Shown piece after piece: positions 15,686 to 25,691 of a DNA stretch of 64,000 bases. Positions within the stretch are counted from its first letter, which is position 1. Every line of letters begins with the position of its first letter. The position numbers and the translations under genes were made by a program. Source of the DNA: an uncultured virus (IMG/VR IMGVR_UViG_3300036406_001455) (taxonomy: Duplodnaviria > Heunggongvirae > Uroviricota > Caudoviricetes); IMG/VR virus record IMGVR_UViG_3300036406_001455. The stretch is one strand, 5' to 3'. The notes below the pieces were generated by a model that searched no databases, was not told where the DNA came from, and was given only the letters and a program-made list of their open reading frames with translations.

Positions 15686-17793
15686 TCGGCGCCCTTCGGC
15701 ACGCGGAACAGCGCCAGTTGATCCGTGGTGCGCGTCATGGCCGTATACATCCACTTCATCCCCGCCACCCTGTCTTTCAGCCACAAGCCCCAAAACGACC
15801 GGTCGCAAACCACCGCTACGTGATCCGCCTGCGAGCCCTGCATGGCGTGACCCGTGACACACTCGCCGTAGTCCACGTTCCAGACACGCCCAGGGCGGAG
15901 CGCGCCATAGCGAAGGACAGCGTAGTCCTCCGTCGTTTCCGCCAGCGCGCAGTCGGTCATCTTCTGGCTCCAGAAGACGGCCTCGATGTCGTCGTAACGG
16001 TGTTCTTCGTACGCCGTCATGGCGGCCTGCCGCACCGATTCTTGCTGCGTGCTCGGGAACACTGCGGCCAGCTCACGGAACGCGTGGACGACTACGCCCG
16101 GTGCAGGCCGAGTACGCAGCCGCGCAAGCCATCGGCTTACAGTTTCCATACGGTTTCGCAGCTTTGCGTGCTCCGGTTCGAGGCTATTCAACGCGTCCCG
16201 ATATTCCTCGACCCAAGCCCGAGTAAAGGTGCGCGCGCGGCTGCGCGCCGACGGGTCAGTGTCGTTCGCGATGAAGTCCGACTCCAGCATCGGTTGTCCG
16301 TTCACGATGGGAGCGACCACATAACCGTTCCGGCGCTCCTCTGGCGGCGCAAAGAGCGGCCACGTCTGAATCTGCCACACGCCGATTTCCACGCTGCTCA
16401 GGAAGTCGTCTCGCTCTACTCGCCGGGCGTCAGTGGCCGACCCCCGTGTGCGTACGGAGCAGCGTAGCGCGGCGTCAAGCAACGCCGTCCCCGGCGACAA
16501 GGGCCAGATGCCAGCAATTACGTGCATCTCACCGTTGTACACGTTGGAGGGCAGACAGTTGCTCCGCAAGAGAATCCGATCTCCGGGAACGAAGGGCTGC
16601 CGCAGAGCGCGGGCCGCATCAGCAAGCCCCATGATCCCACGGGCCGTGCAGTTGACACGCGCTCGCATGGCGTTGCTGAGTGCCACGGTCACTACGAGGT
16701 CGCCACGACTCCGCCTGGTCGCGTGCCACCGCGCGATTTCAGCCACGCCGCCAAACGGCAACGACACCCGGGGGTCGCCATGCCACGCGCGCGGGAACGG
16801 CCACTCGGGCGCTGTGGCCACCGGGTAGCTCTTGTTCGCGTGCGCCAGCGCCAGCACGGGGTTGCCTTCTGCCTGCCGATGCACGCGATCCAGCGCCGCT
16901 GTTGGCGTCTCGAAGTCGATAGGCTCCTGTGGGTTGTCGGGGGTTGACACCGGGGGAATCTGGTTCGGGTCGCCCACGAGCAACACGCGGGTGCAGCCGT
17001 CCAGCACCGCAGCTTCGATGTCGGCGAGCGTGCCCTTGGAAAGCATCGAGGCTTCGTCGATCACAACCAACCGTGGCAACCCCGTACTGGTCGTGGTGAC
17101 GCTAAACGTCAGCCGCTCCGGCAAGTCGCTAACATTCTTGAAAACGTGTTTGCATTCGTCGCACACGTACACCGCGCGTTTGACCGCAATGGTTTGACCC
17201 CCAGCGTGCGGGGCAGCAGTGCCGTCAGCCCCTGCGCCAGAATCATCTACGGCCTCGATGCACTCTTGCACCGTTGGCTTGAACAGGCTCGCGCTCCACT
17301 TGTTGCACGCGCTGCACAAGCGTTGCTCCACCGGGCGCCCATAGATGTACCTGTGCAGCGACGTTGCCCGTGCCACGTTTACACGACTCAGCACCGCCGG
17401 CCCAATCACCACCGTCAGGCGGTTGGCTGCTGCCCATGTCGGTGCAAGCAGCGCGACCGTCCAACACCTGGGGGCCAGTCGACGGAGAAGTGCGCGCACC
17501 AAGGTGGTCTTACCGCTGCCCGCCGCCCCGCGTAGCTGGTAGATGCCAGGCGTCTGCAATGCGTCGCGCAGCGCCTGCATGGCGAATGCTTGGTCGTCGG
17601 ATGGTTGCCAACCGTCCGCAGCGTCAAGCGCAGCGACTTCGGCCTCGGGCGCAAACCGAACAACGGGCGTTGTGGTTGCAGCTTCGGCATGCGCATCTGG
17701 CAGAGGTTCAACCTCACCCAACGGAACGACAGTCGTGGCTGCGGCCCGACTATACCGAAGAATCGTCTCCTCTACCAATGGCGTGTAGTGCAT
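15682..17793 (-). CDS. RecD/Dda-like SF1B helicase
   Basis: GAAGSGKTT, IDEASML, VGDPNQIPPV, HRQ, TGHAMQGSQ and YTAMTR; CxxC...CxxC insertion. Confidence 0.9.
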   Translation of the reverse strand: MHYTPLVEETILRYSRAAATTVVPLGEVEPLPDAHAEAATTTPVVRFAPEAEVAALDAADGWQPSDDQAFAMQALRDALQTPGIYQLRGAAGSGKTTLVRALLRRLAPRCWTVALLAPTWAAANRLTVVIGPAVLSRVNVARATSLHRYIYGRPVEQRLCSACNKWSASLFKPTVQECIEAVDDSGAGADGTAAPHAGGQTIAVKRAVYVCDECKHVFKNVSDLPERLTFSVTTTSTGLPRLVVIDEASMLSKGTLADIEAAVLDGCTRVLLVGDPNQIPPVSTPDNPQEPIDFETPTAALDRVHRQAEGNPVLALAHANKSYPVATAPEWPFPRAWHGDPRVSLPFGGVAEIARWHATRRSRGDLVVTVALSNAMRARVNCTARGIMGLADAARALRQPFVPGDRILLRSNCLPSNVYNGEMHVIAGIWPLSPGTALLDAALRCSVRTRGSATDARRVERDDFLSSVEIGVWQIQTWPLFAPPEERRNGYVVAPIVNGQPMLESDFIANDTDPSARSRARTFTRAWVEEYRDALNSLEPEHAKLRNRMETVSRWLARLRTRPAPGVVVHAFRELAAVFPSTQQESVRQAAMTAYEEHRYDDIEAVFWSQKMTDCALAETTEDYAVLRYGALRPGRVWNVDYGECVTGHAMQGSQADHVAVVCDRSFWGLWLKDRVAGMKWMYTAMTRTTDQLALFRVPKGAE

Positions 17794-17796
17794 GCC

Positions 17797-20163
17797 TCAC
17801 GCTTCTACGCGAAGGATCACGCTGCCGCTGTCGTCCATGACAGCTACATCCTTGGCCGTGACCTTCACGCGCTCCTCCGGAATCTTGTTCTTCTCCAGGT
17901 AGTTGCGCCGCACGCTGCCAACTGGGAGTAGTGCGATCTGCGCCGCGTCGTATCCGAGGGTCACCAACGCGCCTTCGGGGTGCGTCGGGCGGTCCATACG
18001 GGCCTGCTCATGGGCACCCTTTGCGGCGTCGTCACCCACGTGGTCCATGTCAGGCGCCGATGCAGCCTCCTCGGCGGTCAAGGTGACGTAGCTGTCCGTA
18101 CCCTCGTGGTAGTACCACTCCTCCCGGGCGGGCGGCGGCGCGGGCACGGTGATAGCCGGGGGTGGCGGCAGAGGGGCTTGCGTCGCGCCGGGAAACAGGC
18201 TGGGCGGCGGGGGTAGCAACCCATCCGTCGTGAGCGTGGGTTGACCGTCGCTGGCACCCTCGGTCGTGTCGGGCCCGTCGGCCCCGGCGGTCGCGTCGTC
18301 GGCGCCAGCTGCCCCGGTTTCCGGGTTTCCCGCTTCGCTCATGGCGCCGGGCGTGGTGCCGCGTTCCTCGTGCCACGCGTCAAGGTCAATCAGCGTCCAG
18401 CCCTTCGGTACGCCACCCTTTGGCAACTTCGTCGAGGTCAGCACCACCTGACCCTCGTAGGGGGTCCACGCGCGCATCAGCCGAGCCAGCGTGTCCGCGC
18501 GACGCTCCCGGTCTTCGGGGATCACAAGCTGGTAGGGCGCCGCCGCGCGAGCTTCGTGCTGCTTGATGCGGCTCTTGCGCTTCGGCTTCTTGCCGTCGGG
18601 GCTCTCGCCGCCGAGTTCGGCCACCGCCATGGCGATGGCCACGAGCAACGCATCGCGCTCAGCCCCGGACAGCGCCCGATGGTGCATGCTTCCCCGGGTG
18701 TAGCCGATGGCAAAGCCGTTCTCGGTGTCAAGCCGGAACACCCACTCCGTCGGCAGGTGTTTCTGCACCAGCGCGGAGAACGCATCCACGTGCGTTTCGA
18801 GCAGAGACGCCGCCGCAGCGCGGCATGCGCTCGACACCGCGTCATAGACGGCCCGGTCTTCCTTGGGACTCGCGGCGTTCGTCGTGGCGGCCATCGCCGC
18901 CCACGCACCATCAACACGCAACATGTGTTCCAGGGTCGCAGTCAGCGTTGCGATGCTCTGGTCACACGCCTGAACCGTGGTCTGCGGGTCTACGGGCGCC
19001 GTGGCGGCGGATGACACTTGCGCCAGCGCGATTTCCGCTGCGTGCTTGCGCGCTTGCCACTTTACGATCTGCTCCCGAACCTGCTGCTGTTGCTGGGCAT
19101 GGGCGCGCTGAGCCTCCTGGTGCTGCTGCTGCGCGGCTGCATGCTTGGCGCGGTATTCCCCGACGCTCTTCTCGTAGTACAGGCGCCACGCCTCGATGTT
19201 CTCGAAGCCTGGGGTCGAGCCGCACGCCGGGCACTGGTCCCCGTGGCCCACCAACAGCGCTGCTGCGTGCACCATCTGCTCCATGTTGCCGGGGGCCTCG
19301 ACCGCGGCCAGCACAGGAGCTGCGAGCGTTGCTTCGTAGGCGGTCCACTGAGCCAGCGCCGCGATGGCCGTTTCGCGCTCCACGCGCTGTGCCGCGCTCA
19401 CCTGCCCCGCCTCCGTGCGTGCCGGGGCTCCGCGCTGCCACGCTTCGAAGCTCGCGGCCCGGCTCCGCGCCTCGTGCCACGCCGCCAGCGCCGCTCGAAC
19501 CTCCGCGATGGCTTGCGGCGCCGGGCGCGGTTCCAGGTTGGCCTCCGCAGCCTTCACAACCAGCGAAGCGTTGGAGGCTTCCGCGGTGATCTCGCTGGCC
19601 CGCGCGCTTGCGTAGTCGCGTGTGGCGTTGAGCTTGTCGATCACATTGCCTTGCTGCCTATCGTAGATGGCGCGAAACGCTTCTTGCGCCGTCGTCGGGA
19701 TGCACGCGAACACGTCCTCGGCGTCGATGTCCTTGGCGATCCAGCCAAGAAAGGTCTTCCGCGCCGTGTCGTCCCCCGAGAGCGCTGCCTTGACCGCGGC
19801 CAGCGGGAAGCACGCCGCGAGGTTCACGCCCACCGGGGGCTCGTGCGTCGGGTTTCGGATCGTTCCGTCGTCCAGCCGTTCGGTGCCCCACGCGCCTTCC
19901 ACGCCGGTATCGAAGTCGGCATGAGCGAACAGCTCCCCCGCGCCGGTGAACGGGGCCAATGCGAACAAAAGCTGCGGGCTCTTGACGTTGTTCTTCCCGA
20001 GCAGGTCGTCCGTCGCGCCGCGCAGCACAAGGTTGAGGCCATGCAGGATGCGCGTCTTGCCCGCGCCGTTGCCGCCTACGATCAACACCTTGGGCGAAAG
20101 AGGAAAGGCCCAGGGGCGGCCGTCAGGCGAGGTGATGTTGCCGCTCAGTTCGGTGATGTACAT
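17797..20163 (-). CDS. Rad50/SbcC-like ABC ATPase
   Basis: GGNGAGKT Walker A, coiled coils around a CPAC zinc hook, LSGAE signature; degenerate Walker B (LVIPEDR); long acidic/Pro-rich C-terminal extension. Confidence 0.8.
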   Translation of the reverse strand: MYITELSGNITSPDGRPWAFPLSPKVLIVGGNGAGKTRILHGLNLVLRGATDDLLGKNNVKSPQLLFALAPFTGAGELFAHADFDTGVEGAWGTERLDDGTIRNPTHEPPVGVNLAACFPLAAVKAALSGDDTARKTFLGWIAKDIDAEDVFACIPTTAQEAFRAIYDRQQGNVIDKLNATRDYASARASEITAEASNASLVVKAAEANLEPRPAPQAIAEVRAALAAWHEARSRAASFEAWQRGAPARTEAGQVSAAQRVERETAIAALAQWTAYEATLAAPVLAAVEAPGNMEQMVHAAALLVGHGDQCPACGSTPGFENIEAWRLYYEKSVGEYRAKHAAAQQQHQEAQRAHAQQQQQVREQIVKWQARKHAAEIALAQVSSAATAPVDPQTTVQACDQSIATLTATLEHMLRVDGAWAAMAATTNAASPKEDRAVYDAVSSACRAAAASLLETHVDAFSALVQKHLPTEWVFRLDTENGFAIGYTRGSMHHRALSGAERDALLVAIAMAVAELGGESPDGKKPKRKSRIKQHEARAAAPYQLVIPEDRERRADTLARLMRAWTPYEGQVVLTSTKLPKGGVPKGWTLIDLDAWHEERGTTPGAMSEAGNPETGAAGADDATAGADGPDTTEGASDGQPTLTTDGLLPPPPSLFPGATQAPLPPPPAITVPAPPPAREEWYYHEGTDSYVTLTAEEAASAPDMDHVGDDAAKGAHEQARMDRPTHPEGALVTLGYDAAQIALLPVGSVRRNYLEKNKIPEERVKVTAKDVAVMDDSGSVILRVEA

Positions 20164-20188
20164 GCCAAGGGCCTAACGTATTGCCGGG

Positions 20189-20686
20189 TTACGGGCAATG
20201 GGTGACGGGCGCTTTTCCGCCTGAGAGCGCCAGCCCGAAAGCCCGCGTCAGTAGATCGTACACGTCTTGACCGATGCCCGGAAAGCTCGACTCCCGGTTG
20301 CCGGCCACGTTCAACGTCCCTACTCGTGGGGCCTGCAGCCAGTCGGCGATGCGTTGTGCGTCGGATGCAGCAAACGGCCGGGCAACAACGAGATGCGGGC
20401 GCTTGAAGTACCGAATGTATTTCAAGGTGAGCGCGCACCCTTGCGACGACGCATCGCCAAGTATGATCGTAGCATCAGCGTCTTTTACATTACAGCCAGT
20501 ACGCGGCGGGTATTCGTGCGATGCGTGCTCGCGCAGCCCGAACTCCGCCAGCCAAGGCGCCGCGCCGGCTGAAGTACGCCACCCCGCGGGCGCCCAGCCC
20601 CCGGTCGCCAAGCCGCAGGCCCGAGCGGCGAACAACCCGGCCTGGTCCGCGCCTGTCTGCCCGCCGCTGATGATACGAGCTACCAA
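20189..20686 (-). CDS. SLOG-superfamily 'putative molybdenum carrier' protein
   Basis: IISGGQTGAD, GGWAPAGW, YPPRT..NVKDADAT and LNVAGNRES. Confidence 0.88.
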   Translation of the reverse strand: MVARIISGGQTGADQAGLFAARACGLATGGWAPAGWRTSAGAAPWLAEFGLREHASHEYPPRTGCNVKDADATIILGDASSQGCALTLKYIRYFKRPHLVVARPFAASDAQRIADWLQAPRVGTLNVAGNRESSFPGIGQDVYDLLTRAFGLALSGGKAPVTHCP

Positions 20687-21273
20687 CGCTCGCTATCCGG
20701 TCCAATGCGGTCCAGGCCCAAGGTTTGAAGCACGTACGCTTCGATTGATCCACGATTGGCCAGCACCGCGAGCGCACCCCACTGCCGATGCGTGAGGGCC
20801 ACTCGCAACGGCCGAGGCACCCACCCCCGCACTTCCTGTCCGTCCGGCGTGATGCGCCATAGCCCGCGGTAGCCGGCTTTGCATCCCGGCACGCAACGCC
20901 ACCGCGGCTTCAACTGTGCGTCTACCAGCACCTGCGCCCACCGGTTGCTCCGGGTCTTTCGGCTGAGTCCGGTCGGGATCAGAACATCGTCGCGCAACGC
21001 CTCGGATACCCGCGCGCTTGCCGTCTGGTGTTTCATCAAAGCCGGGTGGGCGCCCCCGAGATCCACGGATACCTTGTCGGCCGTGCAGCCACCGATGCCG
21101 CAGGCTCGGACGTGGTTGACCACATGCTGATACAGGTCGTCGGTGGGCATCGCGCTTGGGGGCGGAATCGGCGCGTCGTAGAGGAAGGCGAACGCGCAGT
21201 CCGGAGCATGACGATGCTGCTGCCATGACCCGTTGTTCAGCGGCAGCAGGCGGAGGGGTATCCAGGAGGTCAC
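20680..21273 (-). CDS. Winged-helix-like DNA-binding protein
   Basis: HQTASARVSEA....LIPTG..RKTRSNR.A.V pattern typical of phage wHTH proteins. Confidence 0.55.
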   Translation of the reverse strand: MTSWIPLRLLPLNNGSWQQHRHAPDCAFAFLYDAPIPPPSAMPTDDLYQHVVNHVRACGIGGCTADKVSVDLGGAHPALMKHQTASARVSEALRDDVLIPTGLSRKTRSNRWAQVLVDAQLKPRWRCVPGCKAGYRGLWRITPDGQEVRGWVPRPLRVALTHRQWGALAVLANRGSIEAYVLQTLGLDRIGPDSERW

Positions 21274-23624
21274 GGTGTGCTCCGCATGCGTGCGAGGAAT
21301 GCGGCTGCTCGGGGTGAGATGCCGGGCGTAGACGGGGGCGCGGGGTCGGGCGTCACGGGCATAGGGGCGGGTGCGACGGGTGCGACGGGCGCAGCAGGAA
21401 CGGGGGCCGGCGCCTCGCGTTCACGCGTCTCCGATGCTTGCGCCGCCGGGCCATGTTCTTCGGGCGCGCGCTCAACACCCGCGGTTTCAACCACCTGCAC
21501 ATCGGCGCCATGGTGTCGGATGCGCGCGACCGCAATCTCGATGTACTGCGCCTCGCGTTCACACAGGATCGCCTCAAAGCCTTCCAGGTGTGCCGCGATA
21601 CCGGTGGTCCCAGAGCCGCCAAACGGGTCGAGGACGATGCCCCCGGGCGGGGTGACCAGCTTTACCAGCCACCGCATCAACTTGATCGGTTTTACGGTGG
21701 GGTGTACGTTCGTGCGACCTTCACGCCGGCCTATCACTTCCGGTGTGCACGCGCCGTCGGCATTCACCGTACACGGTTTGGCATGGATGCCTCGTCGCGC
21801 GCTGGCCCCAGCAGCCTTACCGCAGGCCGAGCAGCGCTCGATAGCACCGCCAGCCGTGTTGCCGGCGCCCGCCCGAGGGTTCTTGCTTCCGGCGCTGTCC
21901 ACCTTGCGAAGCACTGTGTGCTCCGCATCGGCTTTTTCGATGTGCTCCAACCCAGCTTCGCGCTCGCTCCGCGCCGTCTTAGCGCAGTACATGAAGTCTG
22001 CTTCTTCGTAGTTGAGCACCGGAAAGAACCGCGAGGCGCCGCCCTTGTCGCCATAGAACGCGCTGCCTTCACCGTCGACACGGAACCCGAGCGCTGCCGG
22101 CTGGTAGATGCCGTGGTCGTGGCGTCCCACGCCCTTCGGCGACGACGCCGGGGCGGCCGCACCCGCGGCGCCGCTCTGCGCGTCGAGTGCCGCAACCGGG
22201 CATCCGGGCGCGCAGCGGTAGGCGGGTACCTCCTCCTCTCCTGCGTGCCGCTCTTCGAGGTCCGCTTGGCCCTTGTGCCCTGCAGCGCCGGCTACTTTGG
22301 AACCTGGGGGCCGGGCGCCTGGGTGGTGGCCGTCGCCCTTGACCATCCGTGTTCCGACCGGCACGCAGCCAGTCTGCACCGGTTCACAAGCCAGCACCTG
22401 TGCAGCGCTGCATGATGGGCATTCGACATGAAGCACGGGTAGCGGCTCGCCCACCACCTGTAGCGTGTGCATCTCTGCTGCAGGAACCTGTTGGACGGTG
22501 TTGCAACCTTGGCAGGCAAAGAACTCCGGACGCCGAAACGCCCACTGCGGCGCGATGTGCGAGAGCAGCACGTTGGATGGCCAGCGGCCGGCACTATTGT
22601 CCCTGGGGCTAAACTCCACCCGCGACTCTCCGGCGCCCGCGTCAGGTTCTGCGCCGATGTGCTTGGCCTTACTCGTGGGGCGACCTTGCGGCTTTGCGCT
22701 GGCTTGATCCCCGCCGGGCTGGAACACCACCGAACAAGCCTTGATGTTGAACGCGCCGGTGCCATGCTTCAACACGTTGTCGACCAAGGTGCCCTGCATG
22801 GGCTTGCGGGCCACGACGATGGGCTCGCTGGCGGGTTTCAGCGTGGGTGACCACCCGTCCCACCGGGCCGCTTCCTCGGATGCTGGGGCGGTCAGTGTGG
22901 CGCCGTTGTCCGTGCGGTTGCTCGTGTTCTCGTTACCGCCAACGTTTCCGATGGCTCCGGACGCATACTTGCGGTTGGGGCGCGCCCGTGACTCGTCGTA
23001 GCCTACGATCTCGCGTTCTCGCCCAAGGGCTTTGTCGATTTGTTTACCTACAAAGCCCACTTTGGGCATCCCGTTGCCGTAGTGCCATGTGATCGAGTCG
23101 CGAAGCTCGAAGCCTGCGTCCTCCACCGCGCAGGCCATCCGATGGTACGTGCGTGTTCCACCAAAGGCGAGGAGATAGCCACCGGGCTTCAAGACACGAT
23201 GTGCCTCGGCTGCCCAACGCAGGTGCCACTCCTGCATTGCGTTCAGATGGACACGCATGCCGGAGCCTGTAACGTCGTCAGGCAGGCCCTCGTTCTCCTC
23301 GTTCCTGCGCTTACCGATGGGTTGCCACGATGGTTCTGCGCAGGCGCACTTTTTCTTGCCGCGAAGCCTCCCGCCGCACGTGCCACACGTGGGGTTGGCT
23401 GCCCCGAAACGCGATGTCGCCGAGAACGCAGGCCACTCGATGGCGCGCTCTCCGATACCGGGTTTCGACATACCGCCGCCGGCCTGCCAATCGAGTTTAT
23501 CCCATTTTTGAGACATGAATTCCAGGCCGTAGGGCGGGTCGCAAACCACCGCATCCACGCTTTCCGGTGCCATCGCCCGCATGGACTCGACACAATCTCC
23601 GCCGATCACGGTAACTTTAGGCAT
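21270..23624 (-). CDS. DNA methyltransferase (N4C/N6A, beta class) with Cys-rich insertions
   Basis: DPPY, LKPASEPIVVARKP, HPTVKP and VLDPFGGSGTT; 784 aa. Confidence 0.92.
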   Translation of the reverse strand: MPKVTVIGGDCVESMRAMAPESVDAVVCDPPYGLEFMSQKWDKLDWQAGGGMSKPGIGERAIEWPAFSATSRFGAANPTCGTCGGRLRGKKKCACAEPSWQPIGKRRNEENEGLPDDVTGSGMRVHLNAMQEWHLRWAAEAHRVLKPGGYLLAFGGTRTYHRMACAVEDAGFELRDSITWHYGNGMPKVGFVGKQIDKALGREREIVGYDESRARPNRKYASGAIGNVGGNENTSNRTDNGATLTAPASEEAARWDGWSPTLKPASEPIVVARKPMQGTLVDNVLKHGTGAFNIKACSVVFQPGGDQASAKPQGRPTSKAKHIGAEPDAGAGESRVEFSPRDNSAGRWPSNVLLSHIAPQWAFRRPEFFACQGCNTVQQVPAAEMHTLQVVGEPLPVLHVECPSCSAAQVLACEPVQTGCVPVGTRMVKGDGHHPGARPPGSKVAGAAGHKGQADLEERHAGEEEVPAYRCAPGCPVAALDAQSGAAGAAAPASSPKGVGRHDHGIYQPAALGFRVDGEGSAFYGDKGGASRFFPVLNYEEADFMYCAKTARSEREAGLEHIEKADAEHTVLRKVDSAGSKNPRAGAGNTAGGAIERCSACGKAAGASARRGIHAKPCTVNADGACTPEVIGRREGRTNVHPTVKPIKLMRWLVKLVTPPGGIVLDPFGGSGTTGIAAHLEGFEAILCEREAQYIEIAVARIRHHGADVQVVETAGVERAPEEHGPAAQASETREREAPAPVPAAPVAPVAPAPMPVTPDPAPPSTPGISPRAAAFLARMRSTP

Positions 23625-23760
23625 TACTCATTCCACCCAAAGAACCGCGCTTCGCTGAACCGCGTCTCAATCCATACAGCCATCATGCCACCGGGTCTAA
23701 CCTTACCCCGACGTTCCGGCCACCCCTGCACGTACACTAAAGTCAGGTTACGCTCCCGGC

Positions 23761-24834
23761 GTGGCGCCCATGCTCGACCCCCACGATGCCTACGACCCTT
23801 TCGACGAAGAGTCGCTGGCGCGGGACCACGAGGAGGTCGCCGAACGCCCGAGCGACCTTCCGCAGCCGCTCCAACCTCCCGACGCTTTGGAGTTGCGCGC
23901 CGGGGCGGTCATCAACACCCGTCGCCCTCTCCGGGTGCTGCCGCGCGCCGTCACCAGCCTCAACGGCATCCGTGAACGGTTGAAGACCGTGAGGGGCATG
24001 GACTACCTTCGGCTTCAAGCGGTTATCGCCTCCATGGATCGCTGTCTCGGGTCGGACGGCATGTTGTGGGCCAGCATGTGGCACCGCCACGCACCAGGTC
24101 GCATCCAGCTTCGCCACGCCGATGTGCAGGCCACGCCGAAGTCCATGCGGTTCGACATTGTTCCATGGGCGCCGGGACGCGTGTTCGTGTCCGCCGACCT
24201 GAAGGCCGCGCATGTTGCCGTGGCCGCGCAGTGGACTGGCGACGCGCTGCTCCACGAAATCTCGGGCGCCCCCGGTGCCTACGACATGCTTGGCGACACC
24301 TTCCTAACCCACCTACCCCCCGCGCAGCGCCGCGGGGCCGCCAAGATCGCCGTGCTGGCCACGCTCAACGGCGCTCGGCCGGCGGGCATCGTAGACGCCG
24401 TGGGTTGCATCGACGCCGCAGCAGCGTTTCAGCGCTACTTCCTTGCCGAGTGCCCAGGCTTCGCCGCCCTCGTGAAGTGGGCGAAAAAGCAGGCATTCAC
24501 GTCCGTGCCCTACATCGCAATCCCGAACCTGCACCGCAGCCGCTGGCGCTGGGTGGAGCGCACCCCGCGGCCGGGCACGCTCCTTTCTGCCATCTGGACC
24601 GGGGCAGAGGCCGAAGCCCTCGACTACACGCTGCTGGCCCTGCCCCCGGCGTGCGCCTTGGTGTCGCCGATGTACGATGGGGTGCTGGTGGAGTGTGCCG
24701 CCCAGGACGCGGGCGCCGTTCAGGCTGAGCTACAGGCTGCCATGGTGGAAGGCGCGCGTAAGGCCGGGTTTGTGACCACCGTGAAGGTAGGCGTAGGGGA
24801 GACATGGGGCGAGGCTGAGGGGCTGTCGCGATAG
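23761..24834 (+). CDS. Minimal, divergent family A DNA polymerase-like protein (palm and fingers only)
   Basis: PGRIQLRHADVQATP (TGRLSS..PNLQNIP-like), motif A VSADLKAAH, motif B RGAAKIAVLATLNG, motif C PMYDGVLVE, C-terminal VGETWGEA. Confidence 0.8.
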   Translation: MAPMLDPHDAYDPFDEESLARDHEEVAERPSDLPQPLQPPDALELRAGAVINTRRPLRVLPRAVTSLNGIRERLKTVRGMDYLRLQAVIASMDRCLGSDGMLWASMWHRHAPGRIQLRHADVQATPKSMRFDIVPWAPGRVFVSADLKAAHVAVAAQWTGDALLHEISGAPGAYDMLGDTFLTHLPPAQRRGAAKIAVLATLNGARPAGIVDAVGCIDAAAAFQRYFLAECPGFAALVKWAKKQAFTSVPYIAIPNLHRSRWRWVERTPRPGTLLSAIWTGAEAEALDYTLLALPPACALVSPMYDGVLVECAAQDAGAVQAELQAAMVEGARKAGFVTTVKVGVGETWGEAEGLSR

Positions 24835-24848
24835 GCGCGGCTGCTGAG

Positions 24849-25131
24849 TCAGACGCCTCGTGTAGCTGCGTCTATCGCGGTCGCCAACCGTTCGCGCCAT
24901 CCGCGGCCGGCGAGCGCGTCGATCAACGCAACCTCGCGCCGAAACGTCACCTGGGGTGCACGTGCGATGTTGCGCAGCACCTGAGCGCATCGCGTGTTGT
25001 CTATCCTGACGACGTACTCGCCCCGAACCCACGTGTTGCGCGACCCCCCAGAACGTAGAAGTTGGCGCCTCGCGTCGCCATCCGGCCAGCTGTAGCAGCA
25101 CGCCAAGTTTCTGGCGGTCTTGCCACTTCAC
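24849..25131 (-). pseudogene. Hypothetical protein apparently split by a +1 indel in a G6 run
   Basis: Coupled GTG start at 25131 (MKWQDRQKLG...TFWG) joins the SRNTWVRGEY... frame if one base of the run at 25044-25049 is removed. Confidence 0.45.
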
Positions 25132-25691
25132 GCCAGCCCCGCGTGGGTCCGGCGCGCAATGGCCATGTGCCGAGGTTCCGGCATCGGAACGTGTTCGATG
25201 GGAAAGTATATCGAGCAAGGATCGTTGAAGCCCCACCGGTCAAGGAACGCTTGAAGCACGACCTTGCGCGCGACACCTTTCAGCACGTCCGTCCTACCCG
25301 GGTTCAGCTTGTCGCCATAGGCGTCGGCCACCAAGTCGTAGAGCGTGGTCTGGATCGGGGCGTGGTGCGTCCTGGCGTGGTTGACAAACTCCACAGGTTC
25401 GCTGGGCCACCCTGCGAACTCCAACATGCGCTTGCCGCGCCAAAGTAGCGCGCCCAAACCCTGTACGTGGTACACGTAGTAGGTGCTCCGGCCTTCGCCA
25501 TGGGCGTTCAGCACTTTGACATTCGGCGCGCGGGCAACCTGTATCCAAAGAGCCTTCAGGTGCAACCGTGGGTCCGTGGTGTAACCCCCGAGCTGCCCCA
25601 AGGGCTTGCGCACAGAGACGTTGAGCGAGCGGGCCAGCTCGCGGGCCTTGATGTCCTCCCAGCGGAGCACCGCCCATTCGGCCGGGATCAT
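25128..25691 (-). CDS. Hypothetical protein
   Basis: 187-aa coupled ORF. Confidence 0.75.
   Translation of the reverse strand: MIPAEWAVLRWEDIKARELARSLNVSVRKPLGQLGGYTTDPRLHLKALWIQVARAPNVKVLNAHGEGRSTYYVYHVQGLGALLWRGKRMLEFAGWPSEPVEFVNHARTHHAPIQTTLYDLVADAYGDKLNPGRTDVLKGVARKVVLQAFLDRWGFNDPCSIYFPIEHVPMPEPRHMAIARRTHAGLA

Noticed and set aside
14045..15721. Long plus-strand ORFs antisense to real genes (also 9869..11440, 19018..20205, 35016..36128, 39737..40684, 60795..61838)
   Set aside because: Shadow or alternative frames caused by high GC3; motif-bearing genes occupy other frames.
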